Below, one piece after another: positions 10,952-22,893 of a stretch of 64,000 nt of DNA. The notes beneath the pieces were generated by a model. It had not been told where the DNA came from and made no database searches. It saw nothing but the letters and a program-made list of their open reading frames with translations. The stretch comes from an uncultured Planctomycetota bacterium (GTDB lineage Bacteria; Planctomycetota; Planctomycetia; Gemmatales; Gemmataceae): NCBI GenBank assembly GCA_963849325.1, contig CAWKHF010000010.1, positions 384,001 to 448,000 of the forward strand. The letters are read 5' to 3'. Position 1 is the first letter of the stretch; every line of letters starts with the position of its first letter. The position numbers and the translations under genes were made by a program.

Positions 10952-13210
10952 TCAGCGTTTGACCAGCTTGGGCAGAAGCCGGTGAGCAATGGCTTCGGAT
11001 GCCTGCTGCAAGGCCGCCTTGCCCGCCAGTTGCTCGGTCGTATCCACGACGAGGGCCGTCTGCCGCTCCACGGCGATGATTTTGCCGCTGACGCGATCCA
11101 CGGCCTTGACCTCCAGCCGGGCCTTGGCCGTCACCAAACCTTCGTGCCGCGACCCCGTCTCGCTCAGCCCCTCGCCGGTGATGAGGATTAGCGCCTGGCC
11201 CTTGGCCCCCTCCTCGGCGTCCACCACCACGAAGTCCATCGCCCGGGCCAGGTGGACCATCTCGGTCTGTGCCGCCGGGTCCGGTACTCGCCGCAAGGCC
11301 GCCGATTCCTTGATCTGCACCCACAGGGCCGGCCGTTTCTCCTTGCCCAGTTGCCGCCGTAGAGACGCCAGGCGATCTTCTTTCTTCTCCGGCCTGGGCA
11401 GCACCCCCTCGGGCGGATGAGCGAGCTTGTCAGCCACCTTTTCGGACAATTGCGTCACCAATGTCCCCAGTTCCCCGCTGGCGGGAGCATCCACGGACAG
11501 GCCAACGATGCGGCCGGTTTCGACGCTGACGAGCTTGGCGATGAGATAGCGGCGTTTGTCGGCTTGCAGGACCGAGCCAGACAGCAGCAGACGAGCGCCG
11601 GTAAGCTGGCCGACGCGCGGCGCCGACTCCTTGCGGACGGCGCCGGAGAGACCGAGTTCCAGTTCCTTGAGGGCTTTGCTCAGGTCGGCGCGGTCCACGA
11701 GAATGAGGTCGTCCTTGGCCGACAGCCGCGCGAAGAGCAAGTCGGTGACCTGCACGCCCAACTCCTTGACGCCGGCGCCGCGCTCTTCGAACGGCAGGAT
11801 CGCCAGAGGGACGGCCGCCGGCTGGGCCTGCTCGGGTTGGGCCAGGTCATCGTCTGCCGCGGCGAGCGCGGTCTTCTCGTTCCGACCCTCGGTCGGCTCG
11901 GCTGCGGCGTTGTCCTTGACTTGGCGGGCCACCGTTTGCGGAATGGGCTGTCCACGGCCGGCGAACTGCGCGGCCCAAGCAGTCAATCCTCCAATCACCA
12001 TCAGCAGCAGGGCCGCCGCCGCGAACCACCGTCGCCCGGAGGAGCGCCGGCGTGTGGAGGGAATTCGATTCGGTCCCCGCTCCAGCCAATCGATGACTTC
12101 TTGCGCCGTCTGACAGCGACGGTTTCGGTCCCTGGCGTGAAGCTTCTCGACAAGCGCGACGAGATATTCCGGCATGTCGGGGGCCAACTCTCGGAGAGAG
12201 GGGGGAGTGTCCTGGCAGACGGAGCGGAGGACGGACAGGCTGTTCTTGCCCTGGAAGGGAGGACGGCCGGCGGCCATGACGTACAGGACGCTGCCGAGGC
12301 TGAACAGATCACTGCGGGCATCGACGGGTTCGCCGCTCGCCTGCTCGGGAGCCATGTACTCGGGCGTGCCGACAACGGTGCCGTACTCGGTCAGCGGCCG
12401 CCGGTCGCCGATCACCTGCACCAGCCCGAAATCGAGCAGCTTCACCCGGCTGGCGCACCCCTCGGCCGGAGACTCCAGCCAGATGTTGCCCGGCTTGACA
12501 TCGCGGTGGACCAGGCCGCGCCGGTGTGCCGCCGATAGACCCTGGGCCACCTCGCGGCCGATGCGGCCGACTTCGTCCGCCGGCAATCGTCCCTCGCGGG
12601 CCAGGCGCGCAGCCAACGTCTCTCCCCGGAGCACGGGCATTGCCAAAAACGGTAGGCCGCGGTCCTCGTTCACTTCGTAGATCGGGACGATGTGATCGCT
12701 GGCGATGGCGGCGATGGCCCGAGCTTCTTGCAGGAAGCGCTGACGCGACGGAACGTCCTCGGCCAGGTTGGAGCGCAACACCTTCAGCGCCACCAGACGT
12801 TGCAAGCGCGTATCCTCGGCCAGGTAGACGACGCCCATGCCGCCCGAACCCAGCACCTGGAGCACGCGGTAAGAGCCGAGCCGGCCGATCTCATCCGCCT
12901 GTTGAGCGGGAGCGAGGAGGCGGACGCAACTTTCGACAGGAGCGGCGGGCGCCGGCGTAGTCGGACCTCCCAGTGCCTTGAGCCGCTCGATCAGCCCCTC
13001 GACGCGGATGGTTCGTAGAGGCGTGTCGCTTCGGGAGGCGTGCGCCGCCTCGACCAGTTCGTCGGAAGCGTCCAACCGATCGAGCGTGGCGACGCAGCCG
13101 GGACAGCCGAACAGGTGCTCCTCGATCGGACCAGCCTCGGCCTCGTCATCCTGCCCCAGAGAAAAGCGCTGTAAATCCCGCATGTCCGGACACGGTGTCG
13201 AGCGGTTCAT
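10952..13210 (-). CDS. Ser/Thr protein kinase with N-terminal ZAS-like zinc finger, TM helix and C-terminal CsgG-like domain
   Basis: HLFGCPGC, LGSGGMGVVY, VALK, HRDVKPGN, DFG, GTPEYMAPE, TM segment WFAAAALLLMVIGG, and DRADLSKALKELELGLSG. Confidence 0.92.
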   Translation of the reverse strand: MNRSTPCPDMRDLQRFSLGQDDEAEAGPIEEHLFGCPGCVATLDRLDASDELVEAAHASRSDTPLRTIRVEGLIERLKALGGPTTPAPAAPVESCVRLLAPAQQADEIGRLGSYRVLQVLGSGGMGVVYLAEDTRLQRLVALKVLRSNLAEDVPSRQRFLQEARAIAAIASDHIVPIYEVNEDRGLPFLAMPVLRGETLAARLAREGRLPADEVGRIGREVAQGLSAAHRRGLVHRDVKPGNIWLESPAEGCASRVKLLDFGLVQVIGDRRPLTEYGTVVGTPEYMAPEQASGEPVDARSDLFSLGSVLYVMAAGRPPFQGKNSLSVLRSVCQDTPPSLRELAPDMPEYLVALVEKLHARDRNRRCQTAQEVIDWLERGPNRIPSTRRRSSGRRWFAAAALLLMVIGGLTAWAAQFAGRGQPIPQTVARQVKDNAAAEPTEGRNEKTALAAADDDLAQPEQAQPAAVPLAILPFEERGAGVKELGVQVTDLLFARLSAKDDLILVDRADLSKALKELELGLSGAVRKESAPRVGQLTGARLLLSGSVLQADKRRYLIAKLVSVETGRIVGLSVDAPASGELGTLVTQLSEKVADKLAHPPEGVLPRPEKKEDRLASLRRQLGKEKRPALWVQIKESAALRRVPDPAAQTEMVHLARAMDFVVVDAEEGAKGQALILITGEGLSETGSRHEGLVTAKARLEVKAVDRVSGKIIAVERQTALVVDTTEQLAGKAALQQASEAIAHRLLPKLVKR

Positions 13211-13342
13211 GAGATCGTCCTTTGCATGGAATCGAGCAGGTCGGAGCGGCCCCTCCCCGGAGGGACGCCTGCCTCGCCGGAGAAAGGTTACGCAGCCGGA
13301 GGAGAAACCTGACACGAGCGCGCCGATTTTTTTCCAGCCGAA

Positions 13343-13909
13343 TTAGCCGAGCAGCCCCGACAGCTCCTGGCGCAGCCGACGCAGCACGCGCGATTTGGCG
13401 GCATAGACAGCCTCCACGCTCAGTCCCAGCTCATTGGCGACGTCCGCGGCCGGCCGGCCCTCGACAACGCACTCCCAGCACGCTTTCCAGGTCGTCGGCT
13501 GAAATTCGCTCTGCATCAATTCCAGCGCTCGGCCGACGAGGTGTTGTCGGTATTCCCGCTCCCAGAAAGGATCTTCCGCACCCGGGTCCGGGAGGTCGGG
13601 CATCTCCTCCGAGGCGGCGCGAGCGGGATCAGCCGCCCGCCTCCGCCGAAAGTCGCGCCACTTGTTGTAGGTGATCGTCCGCAGCCAGGCGCGGAAGCTC
13701 TTGCCGCTTTCATAGTGAAACTCGGGCAGTTTCCGGATCAGGATAGTGAACACTTCCTGCACGAGATCGGCGGCGTCCGTCTCCTGCATGCCCAGCCGGC
13801 AAGTCCAATAATAGAGCAAGGGAGTATACAACTCCACAAAGCGCTCCCAGGCGGCGCGCTCCTCCAGACGCCGCACTCGTTCGAGCAGACTGATCGATGT
13901 GGTGTGCAT
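13343..13909 (-). CDS. ECF sigma-70 factor, planctomycete kinase-associated type
   Basis: TTSISLLERVR...AWERFVELYTP, DAADLVQEVF, SFRAWL and VYAAKSRVLRRLRQE. Confidence 0.92.
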   Translation of the reverse strand: MHTTSISLLERVRRLEERAAWERFVELYTPLLYYWTCRLGMQETDAADLVQEVFTILIRKLPEFHYESGKSFRAWLRTITYNKWRDFRRRRAADPARAASEEMPDLPDPGAEDPFWEREYRQHLVGRALELMQSEFQPTTWKACWECVVEGRPAADVANELGLSVEAVYAAKSRVLRRLRQELSGLLG

Positions 13910-13960
13910 ACGGCAGCAGTTTACTCGGGGGTTTGATCGTCCGGCCTCTGATTGTCCCTG

Positions 13961-13969
13961 ATTGTAGCA
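13961..13969 (-). promoter_or_regulatory. Putative extended -10 promoter of the ECF-kinase operon
   Basis: TGcTACAAT on the minus strand, about 50 bp upstream of the ATG. Confidence 0.4.
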
Positions 13970-14043
13970 CATCTCCCCATCCACTGTTATCCGTTGGAGT
14001 TTCGCTGGGCCGAGCAAAGGGGATGCGATCGTTCCCGGCCCGC

Positions 14044-14072
14044 TTGACATCCTTCAAGGGCCTGCGAATAAT
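14044..14072 (+). promoter_or_regulatory. Putative sigma-70 promoter of the sigma-54 activator gene
   Basis: TTGACA-17 nt-AATAAT. Confidence 0.45.
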
Positions 14073-14269
14073 TCTCCATGCCTTATTTCCGTGAGAATGG
14101 TCCATCCCATCACGCCCCCATTCTCTTCCACGATTGCGATGCTGCAATCATCCCCTTCCCGAGCGGAGTTTCGATTCCGCGCCGCCGAGGGGAACTCAAA
14201 GTCAAGGACCTTTGATCCCATCCAAACGACTGACCGCATCCACTCGATACCGGCATAGAGGGAGCTTCG

Positions 14270-16253
<1,984 letters not shown>

Positions 16254-16381
16254 CTCCCACCGTCCCCGGTGGCGCCGCCTCGTCTTGTGGAGACGCCGGT
16301 TCGCGCACCTCCTGCTCGCCTCGTTTTGCAAGTCCAACTCTTCCCGACACTTCGGAGCCAATCCCTGCCCCGCTTCCTCAA

Positions 16382-16397
16382 CGGCACATCGATAGCA
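16382..16397 (+). promoter_or_regulatory. Putative sigma-54 (-24/-12) promoter
   Basis: cGGcacatcgataGCa gives GG-N10-GC, directly downstream of a sigma-54 activator gene. Confidence 0.6.
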
Positions 16398-16430
16398 GAA
16401 GCACCTCGGAGGTTTCGGGAGTCATTCGCC

Positions 16431-16718
16431 ATGCTCCGTCTCACGCGGATTGGGGAGGCCCACCTGGCCCAACGGATCAAGCTCGAAGGCAAGCTCCTCG
16501 GTCCCTGGGTCGAAGAAGTGCGCCAGGCCTGTCTGGGTTGCACGGTCTCCTTCCGCCGTACAAGTCTCGATCTCTCTACCGTCACGTTCGTGGACGCCGC
16601 GGGAGAAAGACTGCTCCGCGATCTGATCGGACAGGGCATCAAGGTCAGCGCTTGCTCGGCCTATGTCGCGGAGCTATTGCGAAATGGAGCTGGGGGACGG
16701 CCACCCGCTCGGGCATGA
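16431..16718 (+). CDS. STAS-like small protein
   Basis: MLRLT...IKLEGKLLGPWVEEV...LDLSTVTFVDAAG. Confidence 0.8.
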   Translation: MLRLTRIGEAHLAQRIKLEGKLLGPWVEEVRQACLGCTVSFRRTSLDLSTVTFVDAAGERLLRDLIGQGIKVSACSAYVAELLRNGAGGRPPARA

Positions 16719-16766
16719 CTCCTCGACGGGAGCGGCGGAGAACGACGGTCTTCGGGAGAACAGCTC

Positions 16767-17369
16767 ATGGTAAGGCGATCCGCAGGTCATTTCTGGTTCC
16801 CTCCATTCGTCCGCGCCTGGCGTCCTCACCGAGTCCCAGTTGCTGGACCGCTACTTGCGGCTCGGTGACGAGGCAGCGTTCGAGCTGCTGATGAACTGGC
16901 ATGGGCCGCGGGTGTTCAACGTGTGCCGGCGCGTGCTGCGACACACGCAAGACGCGGAAGACGCTTTTCAGGCCACCTTTCTTATGCTCGCGCGCAAGGC
17001 TGCCGACATCGGCCGGCGCGAGTCGATCAGCGGTTGGCTCTGCACCGTCGCCTTCCGCATCGCCCTCCGCGTCAAGTTGCGCTCCGATCGCCGCACGCAG
17101 CGGCAGCGGCCGTTGGGAGACGTGCCGGACCACGCACCGGGAGGCGATCCGGCCGAGCGAACCGCGTGGCGCGAACTGCGGCAAATCCTCGATGCGGAGT
17201 TGAGGCAGGTGTCGCCGAAGTATCGGGCGGCGTTCATCCTCTGCCATCTGGAAGGCAAGACCTGCGAGGAGGCTGCCGAGCATCTCGGTTGTCCGCGCGG
17301 GACCGTACAGTCGCGCGTGGGCCGGGCGCGGCAACAGTTCGCGCCCGGCTGGCTCCGCCCCACCCCTGA
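16767..17369 (+). CDS. ECF sigma-70 factor (Gemmata type), probable frameshifts near both ends
   Basis: ESQLLDRY...DEAAFELL..HGPRV..VCRRVL..QDAEDAFQATFL...LGCPRGTVQSR. Boundaries inferred. Confidence 0.8.
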
Positions 17370-17384
17370 CGAAAGCGCTGGCCC

Positions 17385-18294
17385 TCACTTCGTGGGGGGT
17401 GGATAGGCCTGGGCGATGTCTCTCAGCGTCTGATCAAAGTTGTCGGGCACTTCCTCGAAACTGGTGATGCGGCACAGCTGGAGCATTTGGCGACCCTGGC
17501 GATTGGACTTGGCGGCCAACATTCCCGAGCGGAAACGCTCGCTGCGTTCCGCGCCGAGCTTCCCCGGATAGCAGGCAATGACCGTGCAGGGGAACGCCTC
17601 GGACTTCCGCAGCACCTTCACCTTGGCGAAATACTCCGGATACCGTGCGCGATAGGCGGCCAGGTCGGTATCGTCGATGACCGCGGCCTGCGCCGCGCCA
17701 TCGATCACGTCGTCGATCGCGTAACAAGCATCGCGCGGCACGGAGACGCGACCGAAAAACGTCTCCGGCGTCTGGCCATCCGCGACACAACGGCGCTCCA
17801 GGAACAATCGGCAGTGCTCCCGGCTCATGTGCGGCAGGGCCAGCACACGCCCTTTGAGATCGTCGATCGCGGTGATCTTACCATCGTCGCGGACGACGAG
17901 ATGGGCGCGGAGGAGAGGTTGCTTGTTGACGGCGATCACCAGCGGCCGGAGCTGAGGGTATTTGGCGCGGGCCCAGGCGAATTCGACGCCGTGAAAAATG
18001 CCCAGTTGGACCTCGCCGTCCTTCATTCGCTGTCCGAGATGAAGGGCGTCGTCGCTGACAACGAGCTGGCTACTCAGGCCCGTTTGCGCCTCCAGCAGCG
18101 ACTGAAAGGGCCGCATCAGGGTCCGCAGCAGCGGTTCCGAGGTGTCGCGGAACAGGCCGGAACCCAGACCGATGCGGACAGGCGCGGGTCGTCATCCGCC
18201 GCTCGGACTTCGGACGCGGACAGGCCCAGCGCAGAACGAGCGCTCCGAGGACCCAGGTCGGTTTATGGCTCGCTCCGCTCACCGTCTGACCCAT
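17385..18294 (-). CDS. PhnD/SsuA-like substrate-binding protein, N-terminal frameshift
   Basis: MRPFQSLLEAQTG, VQLGIFHGVEFAW and DDLKGRVLALP. Confidence 0.75.
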
Positions 18295-18436
18295 GATTCG
18301 CTTCTCGAACGAGAACATGCGAAGTTCCTTCCACTGTCGGACGAGTTGTGTTTCGCTCTTTCGCTTCCTCCTCTTGTTCCGATATGCCGCGGATTGTGAC
18401 AGACTGACATTCTGGCCACCCTCTCCGAAGGAGCGT

Positions 18437-19173
18437 CTAGCGAGGATCGTCGGTCCAGCGTGCCGGCGGAAACCAACCCTCGTTGACGTCGAGGTGGTGA
18501 TCGATGAAGAGATTGAAGGAACGCCCGTAGAACAGGTCGCGCGGGTAGGTGGCCGAGGGCCGCGTCCGCGACGCATCCAGCAAGCCCGCCGCCACGCACG
18601 CCTCGCTGACCAATTCCGAGCAGAAGTAGCTCCGCCGATCGCCGCCGTGAGGCCCGCCTATGAAATACGTGCGGAGCGGACCCCGGCTGCGGAACGGCGT
18701 CAGTTGCACGCCCAGGCGCAGGAGGGCGAAATGTTTGCCGTCCTGAGCGAGAGCGAACTCCGTCAGCCGGCACGATTGCTCCGGCGTGAGCGGCACGCGA
18801 CGGCGACGAATCCACACGCGGCCAATGTCGGTGTATTCCCGCAAGTGCGGCAGCAGGTCCAGGGTGCGCACCCACATCGTGTCGCACGGACCCGCCTCCA
18901 ATATGGCCGGGCTGCCGTCGGGCGCGCGAAGACGATGGCGGAACCGTTGGGGTCGAAGGCCAACGCCATGTAATGCGTGGTCCGCCAGAACTTCGAGTGG
19001 TCCAGGCGCAGCATGATGTCGCCCGGTTGCGGCAGGTACGCTTCCACGGGATAGCGGAGCACTTCATCCAGACAGAAAGCCGGCTGGTAAAGGAAGGAGT
19101 TCCATCCGCCCTCCGTCGGAACAGGGCACGGTGAAGAGGCGATCGAGAGGAAGGAACAGAGCAAGGCGAGCAT
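18437..19173 (-). CDS. Permuted papain-like (YiiX/NlpC-P60-like) protein, frameshift near 18915
   Basis: PQPGDIML N-terminal motif and YFCSELV...YPRDLF C-terminal motif; signal-like N-terminus. Confidence 0.65.
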
Positions 19174-19335
19174 GAGGACGCTCCATGTCACATGTCGCGA
19201 GGGATGTCTCCTACCCATATCTGACAAGAGAAGGGCCGTGCTCCACTGCCTTTCTCCGTTCCCCCGAAACGGGGCGTCAAGCGATCCTCAGAAACACCCC
19301 AGGGTGAATAATCGGCAAAGTCAGGATGAAAAGGT

Positions 19336-19393
19336 ACAAGCCGCGAGCGCCTGGGAGCGGTATGGCATTCGCTCGCTGGCGCTCGCGGCTTGT
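19336..19393. repeat. REP-like hairpin
   Basis: ACAAGCCGCGAGCGCC ... GGCGCTCGCGGCTTGT. Confidence 0.75.
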
Positions 19394-19434
19394 GAAGGTC
19401 GGATTACCGCGTCCTACTTCCGATTTCGTGCTTT

Positions 19435-21711
19435 CTACTTCCGGTCGTAGACTTCCAACTCCAATTGCGGACGGGCATTTTTCGGGAGATCGATGCGGAC
19501 AATGTAACCATCGTCCACGGATCGATCCTGGACGACACGGAGCGCGAAGCCGTGGAAAGCCGATTCTCCGGCCGCAATCTTTTTGACGGCGCGGGTGACA
19601 TCGACGGCGAAGGTTTTCGGTGGGCTGTATTCCGTCCCTCCCGGTTGGCGCGGCACGACAGCCGTTCCCGCTACTTCGCCCAGATTCTTGAAATCGAACG
19701 GCTTGTCCGCCTGGAACGGTGCCGCGAGCAGTGTCACCCCTACTTTCGTCCCCGCCTTGGCATGTCCGCGAAGCACCGGGAAAACCAGGCGGGCCTCGGC
19801 GATGTCCCGCGAGGCCGGCAGGTCTTTCAGTTCGCCGCCGACCAGCATCACCCAGGTCTCGCCCTCCTTCCATTTCAAGAAGTGGTTGTCCTGCGTCTGA
19901 CCGTCCCTGGAAACGGCGTGGCTGGCTTGCAAGGTGAGGGTCCGTTTCGACGTGGGGCGAACGACTTTCGGCGGCGGCGGAGCAATGCCGACGGTGAACG
20001 GATTGGGCAGCGTCTTCAACTCTCCCGGTGTCGTCGCCGACGGCTCCTGTGTACCCTCTGGGAGCGGTAGTGGACGGGAACTGGGGGCGAGCACTTCGCG
20101 ACGCAACCAGAGCATGCGCGGGTAGACCGGATACTTGCTCGCGGGTGTCGGAACGTCGATGTCAAATGTCGTCGGCAGGTCTTTGGCGGTGAAGATTTTC
20201 CGCACCACGGTCGGTTTCGTGGACCAACTGGCGTAGTGAGCGCGGGCCAACTCCGCGCCGGCGTCGGCCAGCTCCTCGTAGGACTTGTTGCGGGAGCCGG
20301 TCTCGTAGGCGTAAGTTACCGCCAACCGATTGTCGCCCAATTCCCGAGCGTCGGCGACGGTCACCGAAATCTTGTTCTTGCCGGGCGAGAGATAGGGCAG
20401 AGAGCCGCGGTTGCACTGGACGACGGTTTCCAGCCGGAGCGAACGAAGGGCGGTCTTGAAGGATAGTCTCACCAAGCAAGAGTATTTCCCTCCAACCTCC
20501 TCCGAAAAGTCTTCCAAGCGAATCGGCTTGAACGTCTTGCCTCCGTCGAGGGAAATCTCGGCGACCTCGACCCCGTCGGCCTGGCCGGAGGCGCGCGTCA
20601 TGATGTAGGGAGATTGCATCGCCACGGTGATTGAGGCCGGATGTTCGCTGTTGACGGGGACCAGCTTGCCGCCGTCCCACTTCACGTTGTCCTTCGCCGT
20701 CAGGCCGTCGAGGAGAGCGGCGTTGGCCAGGTCGGGGGCGAAGAGCAGCGTACCGTTGGCGAAGCTGCGGCTGCGGCCGCCGGAGCGGATGTACGGTTCG
20801 AGGATGGGGCCGATCGCCGGACAATTGCGGTAGTCCTTGTCGCCGCAGCCGTGATTCGGTACGTACTTCCGTCCGCTCCACCAGTGCGCGCCCTTGACCG
20901 CGTCCCAGGTGAGCGTCAGGGAGTAACCGGGAGCCAGGTTGACGTCGGTGGAATAGCCAGGGGAGTCGAAGTTCGTCGCGTTCCAGCCAGTGGGACTGCC
21001 GGCCGGCCGACTGCTGCGGATACCCGTCAGGATGCCCTCGGGCGTGTCGCCGCAGCCGAGAAACGACGGCGCTCGCCAGTTCGCCTTGCCGTCAAGGTTC
21101 TCGAAACGATCGCCCTTGTGGTAGTAAACGCCGCGGCCGCGGTCGAACTCCAGGCCCGCGCTGACCAGGGCGGGGTTGGCCTTGATGTCCTCCTCGCCGG
21201 CCACCGTTCGTCCACCGGGGGCCTTGGCGTCGGGAACCCACGTGTAATACTTCAGGAAAGCGTCGAAGTAGTGCCAGCGGCCGTCGTACTGGACCTCGAC
21301 GGTGGTGTGGCCGGGGTTGCTCCAGCCGACGTAGCGCCACGGCCAGCCCATCTCGCGCCACAGCGCCGCCTCGACACTGTGCAGTCCGCCGCACAGGCTC
21401 CAACCGTAAACGTTGATCTCCTTGAGCGCCTCCACGCCGCCCGGCTCGTTGGCATAGCCCTGGTGGTAGTGCGCCAGCTGCATGAAGTTGTAAATGGCGA
21501 TGGCCTTCTCGTCGTTGCTCTTGCAGCCGCGCGTCACGCTCTCGACGATTGAACGGAGCGAAGAGCAATCGGGAGCTTTGTCGGCGAGGACCTTGATCTG
21601 ATGGACCCTCCGTCCGGAAGACGAAGGGGCCGCGCTATCCAATCGGGGGAGGAGAACCCAGAGGGCGAGGAGACAACAGCAAACCCCTACACCGCATCGA
21701 AAGAGCCGCAT
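19435..21711 (-). CDS. Secreted protein with transglutaminase-like domain
   Basis: Signal peptide and Cys-His-Asp pattern LCGG...GHTTVEVQYDGRWHYFD. Confidence 0.75.
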   Translation of the reverse strand: MRLFRCGVGVCCCLLALWVLLPRLDSAAPSSSGRRVHQIKVLADKAPDCSSLRSIVESVTRGCKSNDEKAIAIYNFMQLAHYHQGYANEPGGVEALKEINVYGWSLCGGLHSVEAALWREMGWPWRYVGWSNPGHTTVEVQYDGRWHYFDAFLKYYTWVPDAKAPGGRTVAGEEDIKANPALVSAGLEFDRGRGVYYHKGDRFENLDGKANWRAPSFLGCGDTPEGILTGIRSSRPAGSPTGWNATNFDSPGYSTDVNLAPGYSLTLTWDAVKGAHWWSGRKYVPNHGCGDKDYRNCPAIGPILEPYIRSGGRSRSFANGTLLFAPDLANAALLDGLTAKDNVKWDGGKLVPVNSEHPASITVAMQSPYIMTRASGQADGVEVAEISLDGGKTFKPIRLEDFSEEVGGKYSCLVRLSFKTALRSLRLETVVQCNRGSLPYLSPGKNKISVTVADARELGDNRLAVTYAYETGSRNKSYEELADAGAELARAHYASWSTKPTVVRKIFTAKDLPTTFDIDVPTPASKYPVYPRMLWLRREVLAPSSRPLPLPEGTQEPSATTPGELKTLPNPFTVGIAPPPPKVVRPTSKRTLTLQASHAVSRDGQTQDNHFLKWKEGETWVMLVGGELKDLPASRDIAEARLVFPVLRGHAKAGTKVGVTLLAAPFQADKPFDFKNLGEVAGTAVVPRQPGGTEYSPPKTFAVDVTRAVKKIAAGESAFHGFALRVVQDRSVDDGYIVRIDLPKNARPQLELEVYDRK

Positions 21712-21756
21712 GATGACCTCACCTTGCCGTTCCAGAAATACTTCGGATCGACGCGA

Positions 21757-22632
21757 TTACTTCCCCGACGAAGGAGCTTCGTCCAGAAGTACCTTTTTCG
21801 CCGGTTTCAAGTAGGAATCGTTGAGCTTATCGACCGACCAGAGCAGGCCGCGAGTGACGAGATCGAGGTAACGATCATCGGCGACGGTCGCGTTGTTGTG
21901 GCCCAGGGTCGTGGCGAAGACGCGGGCCTTGCCGTTGTAGCGATTCGTCCAGACCACGACGTTATCGCTCGTGCTCTCCTTGCCGTCCTTGCTCCGGGTC
22001 GTCTGCTTACCTCGGGCCAGAGGGTGAGCCGTGTCCTCTACCTTGCCCGTGATGTTGTTGTAAAGCTCCTCGTTGATCGTCGTCCAATCTGCCAACCCTT
22101 TGGTGATGGGACTGTCCTTCTCGATGAAAGTGACGGCGATGGGCGCCTGGGGACCGTGGCCGGTGGTCGCCAGGCCGGTGAACTCGAACCACGGCGTCGT
22201 CTTCGGCCAGCCCTTGCTGCGGTAGCAGTGCATACCGCAGTGCAGCACCACGGCCGGCAAACCCTGTCGATGTGGCTCCAGGATGCGGTCGATCAAACTC
22301 AAATCCGTGACCCCCGAGCAGCACTCGTCATGCACGACGACATCGAAGCCCTTGGCCCAGTCCGGCTTCTCATAGACGGGATTGAGGTGCTTGGTGCCCT
22401 TGTCGGGGTCGTAGGCGATCACCCAGCGGACGTTGGCGCGTGCGGAGATGCCCTTGGTGAGAATGTCCTTTTGCTTGGCGTAGTCGTGACAGCAACCGCC
22501 GACGACCAGCAAGGCGCGGATCGGCTTGGTGTCGTCCTCGGCGCGGGTGGGCGCATCGTTCAAGCCAAGCAGCGACGCGGACAGCAGAGCGAAAGCCAGC
22601 ATTGCCTGAGACCATACTTTCCGTCGGATCAT
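21757..22632 (-). CDS. ThuA-domain protein
   Basis: GGCCHDY, VVLHCGMHCYR, EELYN and RVFATTLGHNN. Confidence 0.88.
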   Translation of the reverse strand: MIRRKVWSQAMLAFALLSASLLGLNDAPTRAEDDTKPIRALLVVGGCCHDYAKQKDILTKGISARANVRWVIAYDPDKGTKHLNPVYEKPDWAKGFDVVVHDECCSGVTDLSLIDRILEPHRQGLPAVVLHCGMHCYRSKGWPKTTPWFEFTGLATTGHGPQAPIAVTFIEKDSPITKGLADWTTINEELYNNITGKVEDTAHPLARGKQTTRSKDGKESTSDNVVVWTNRYNGKARVFATTLGHNNATVADDRYLDLVTRGLLWSVDKLNDSYLKPAKKVLLDEAPSSGK

Positions 22633-22744
22633 CGGCGTGTCTCCCTCATGGGTGCGGGGCTGGAATGCCGAGCGAAGAGGTTTCGATTCCGGAAGGGAAA
22701 TTCTATTCCTCCCCGTGAGCGCAGCAAGCCAGGGAGCTTTTTGC

Positions 22745-22796
22745 GGAGCCGGAACCGTAAGCGAGGAGGAATCCTTCGCTCACGCTTCCAGCTTCC
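22745..22796. repeat. Degenerate copy of the CCTGAAGCGTAAGCGAAG REP family
   Basis: GGAGCCGGAACCGTAAGCGAGG...CTTCGCTCACGCTTCCAGCTTCC. Confidence 0.6.
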
Positions 22797-22810
22797 AGAG
22801 GACACGGAGA

Positions 22811-22893
22811 CAGAAGTTCGTGGTCCCGGAAGCCGTGGAAACCGTCTCCCCCGAGACCCTACGCCGCGTGCTCAAAAAAACGAACTCAAGCCC
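22811..22893 (+). mobile_element. IS630-family transposase relic spanning the frameshift window
   Basis: VETVSPETLRRVLKK, then an A7 run (22874-22880), then NELKP in the shifted frame. Confidence 0.75.
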
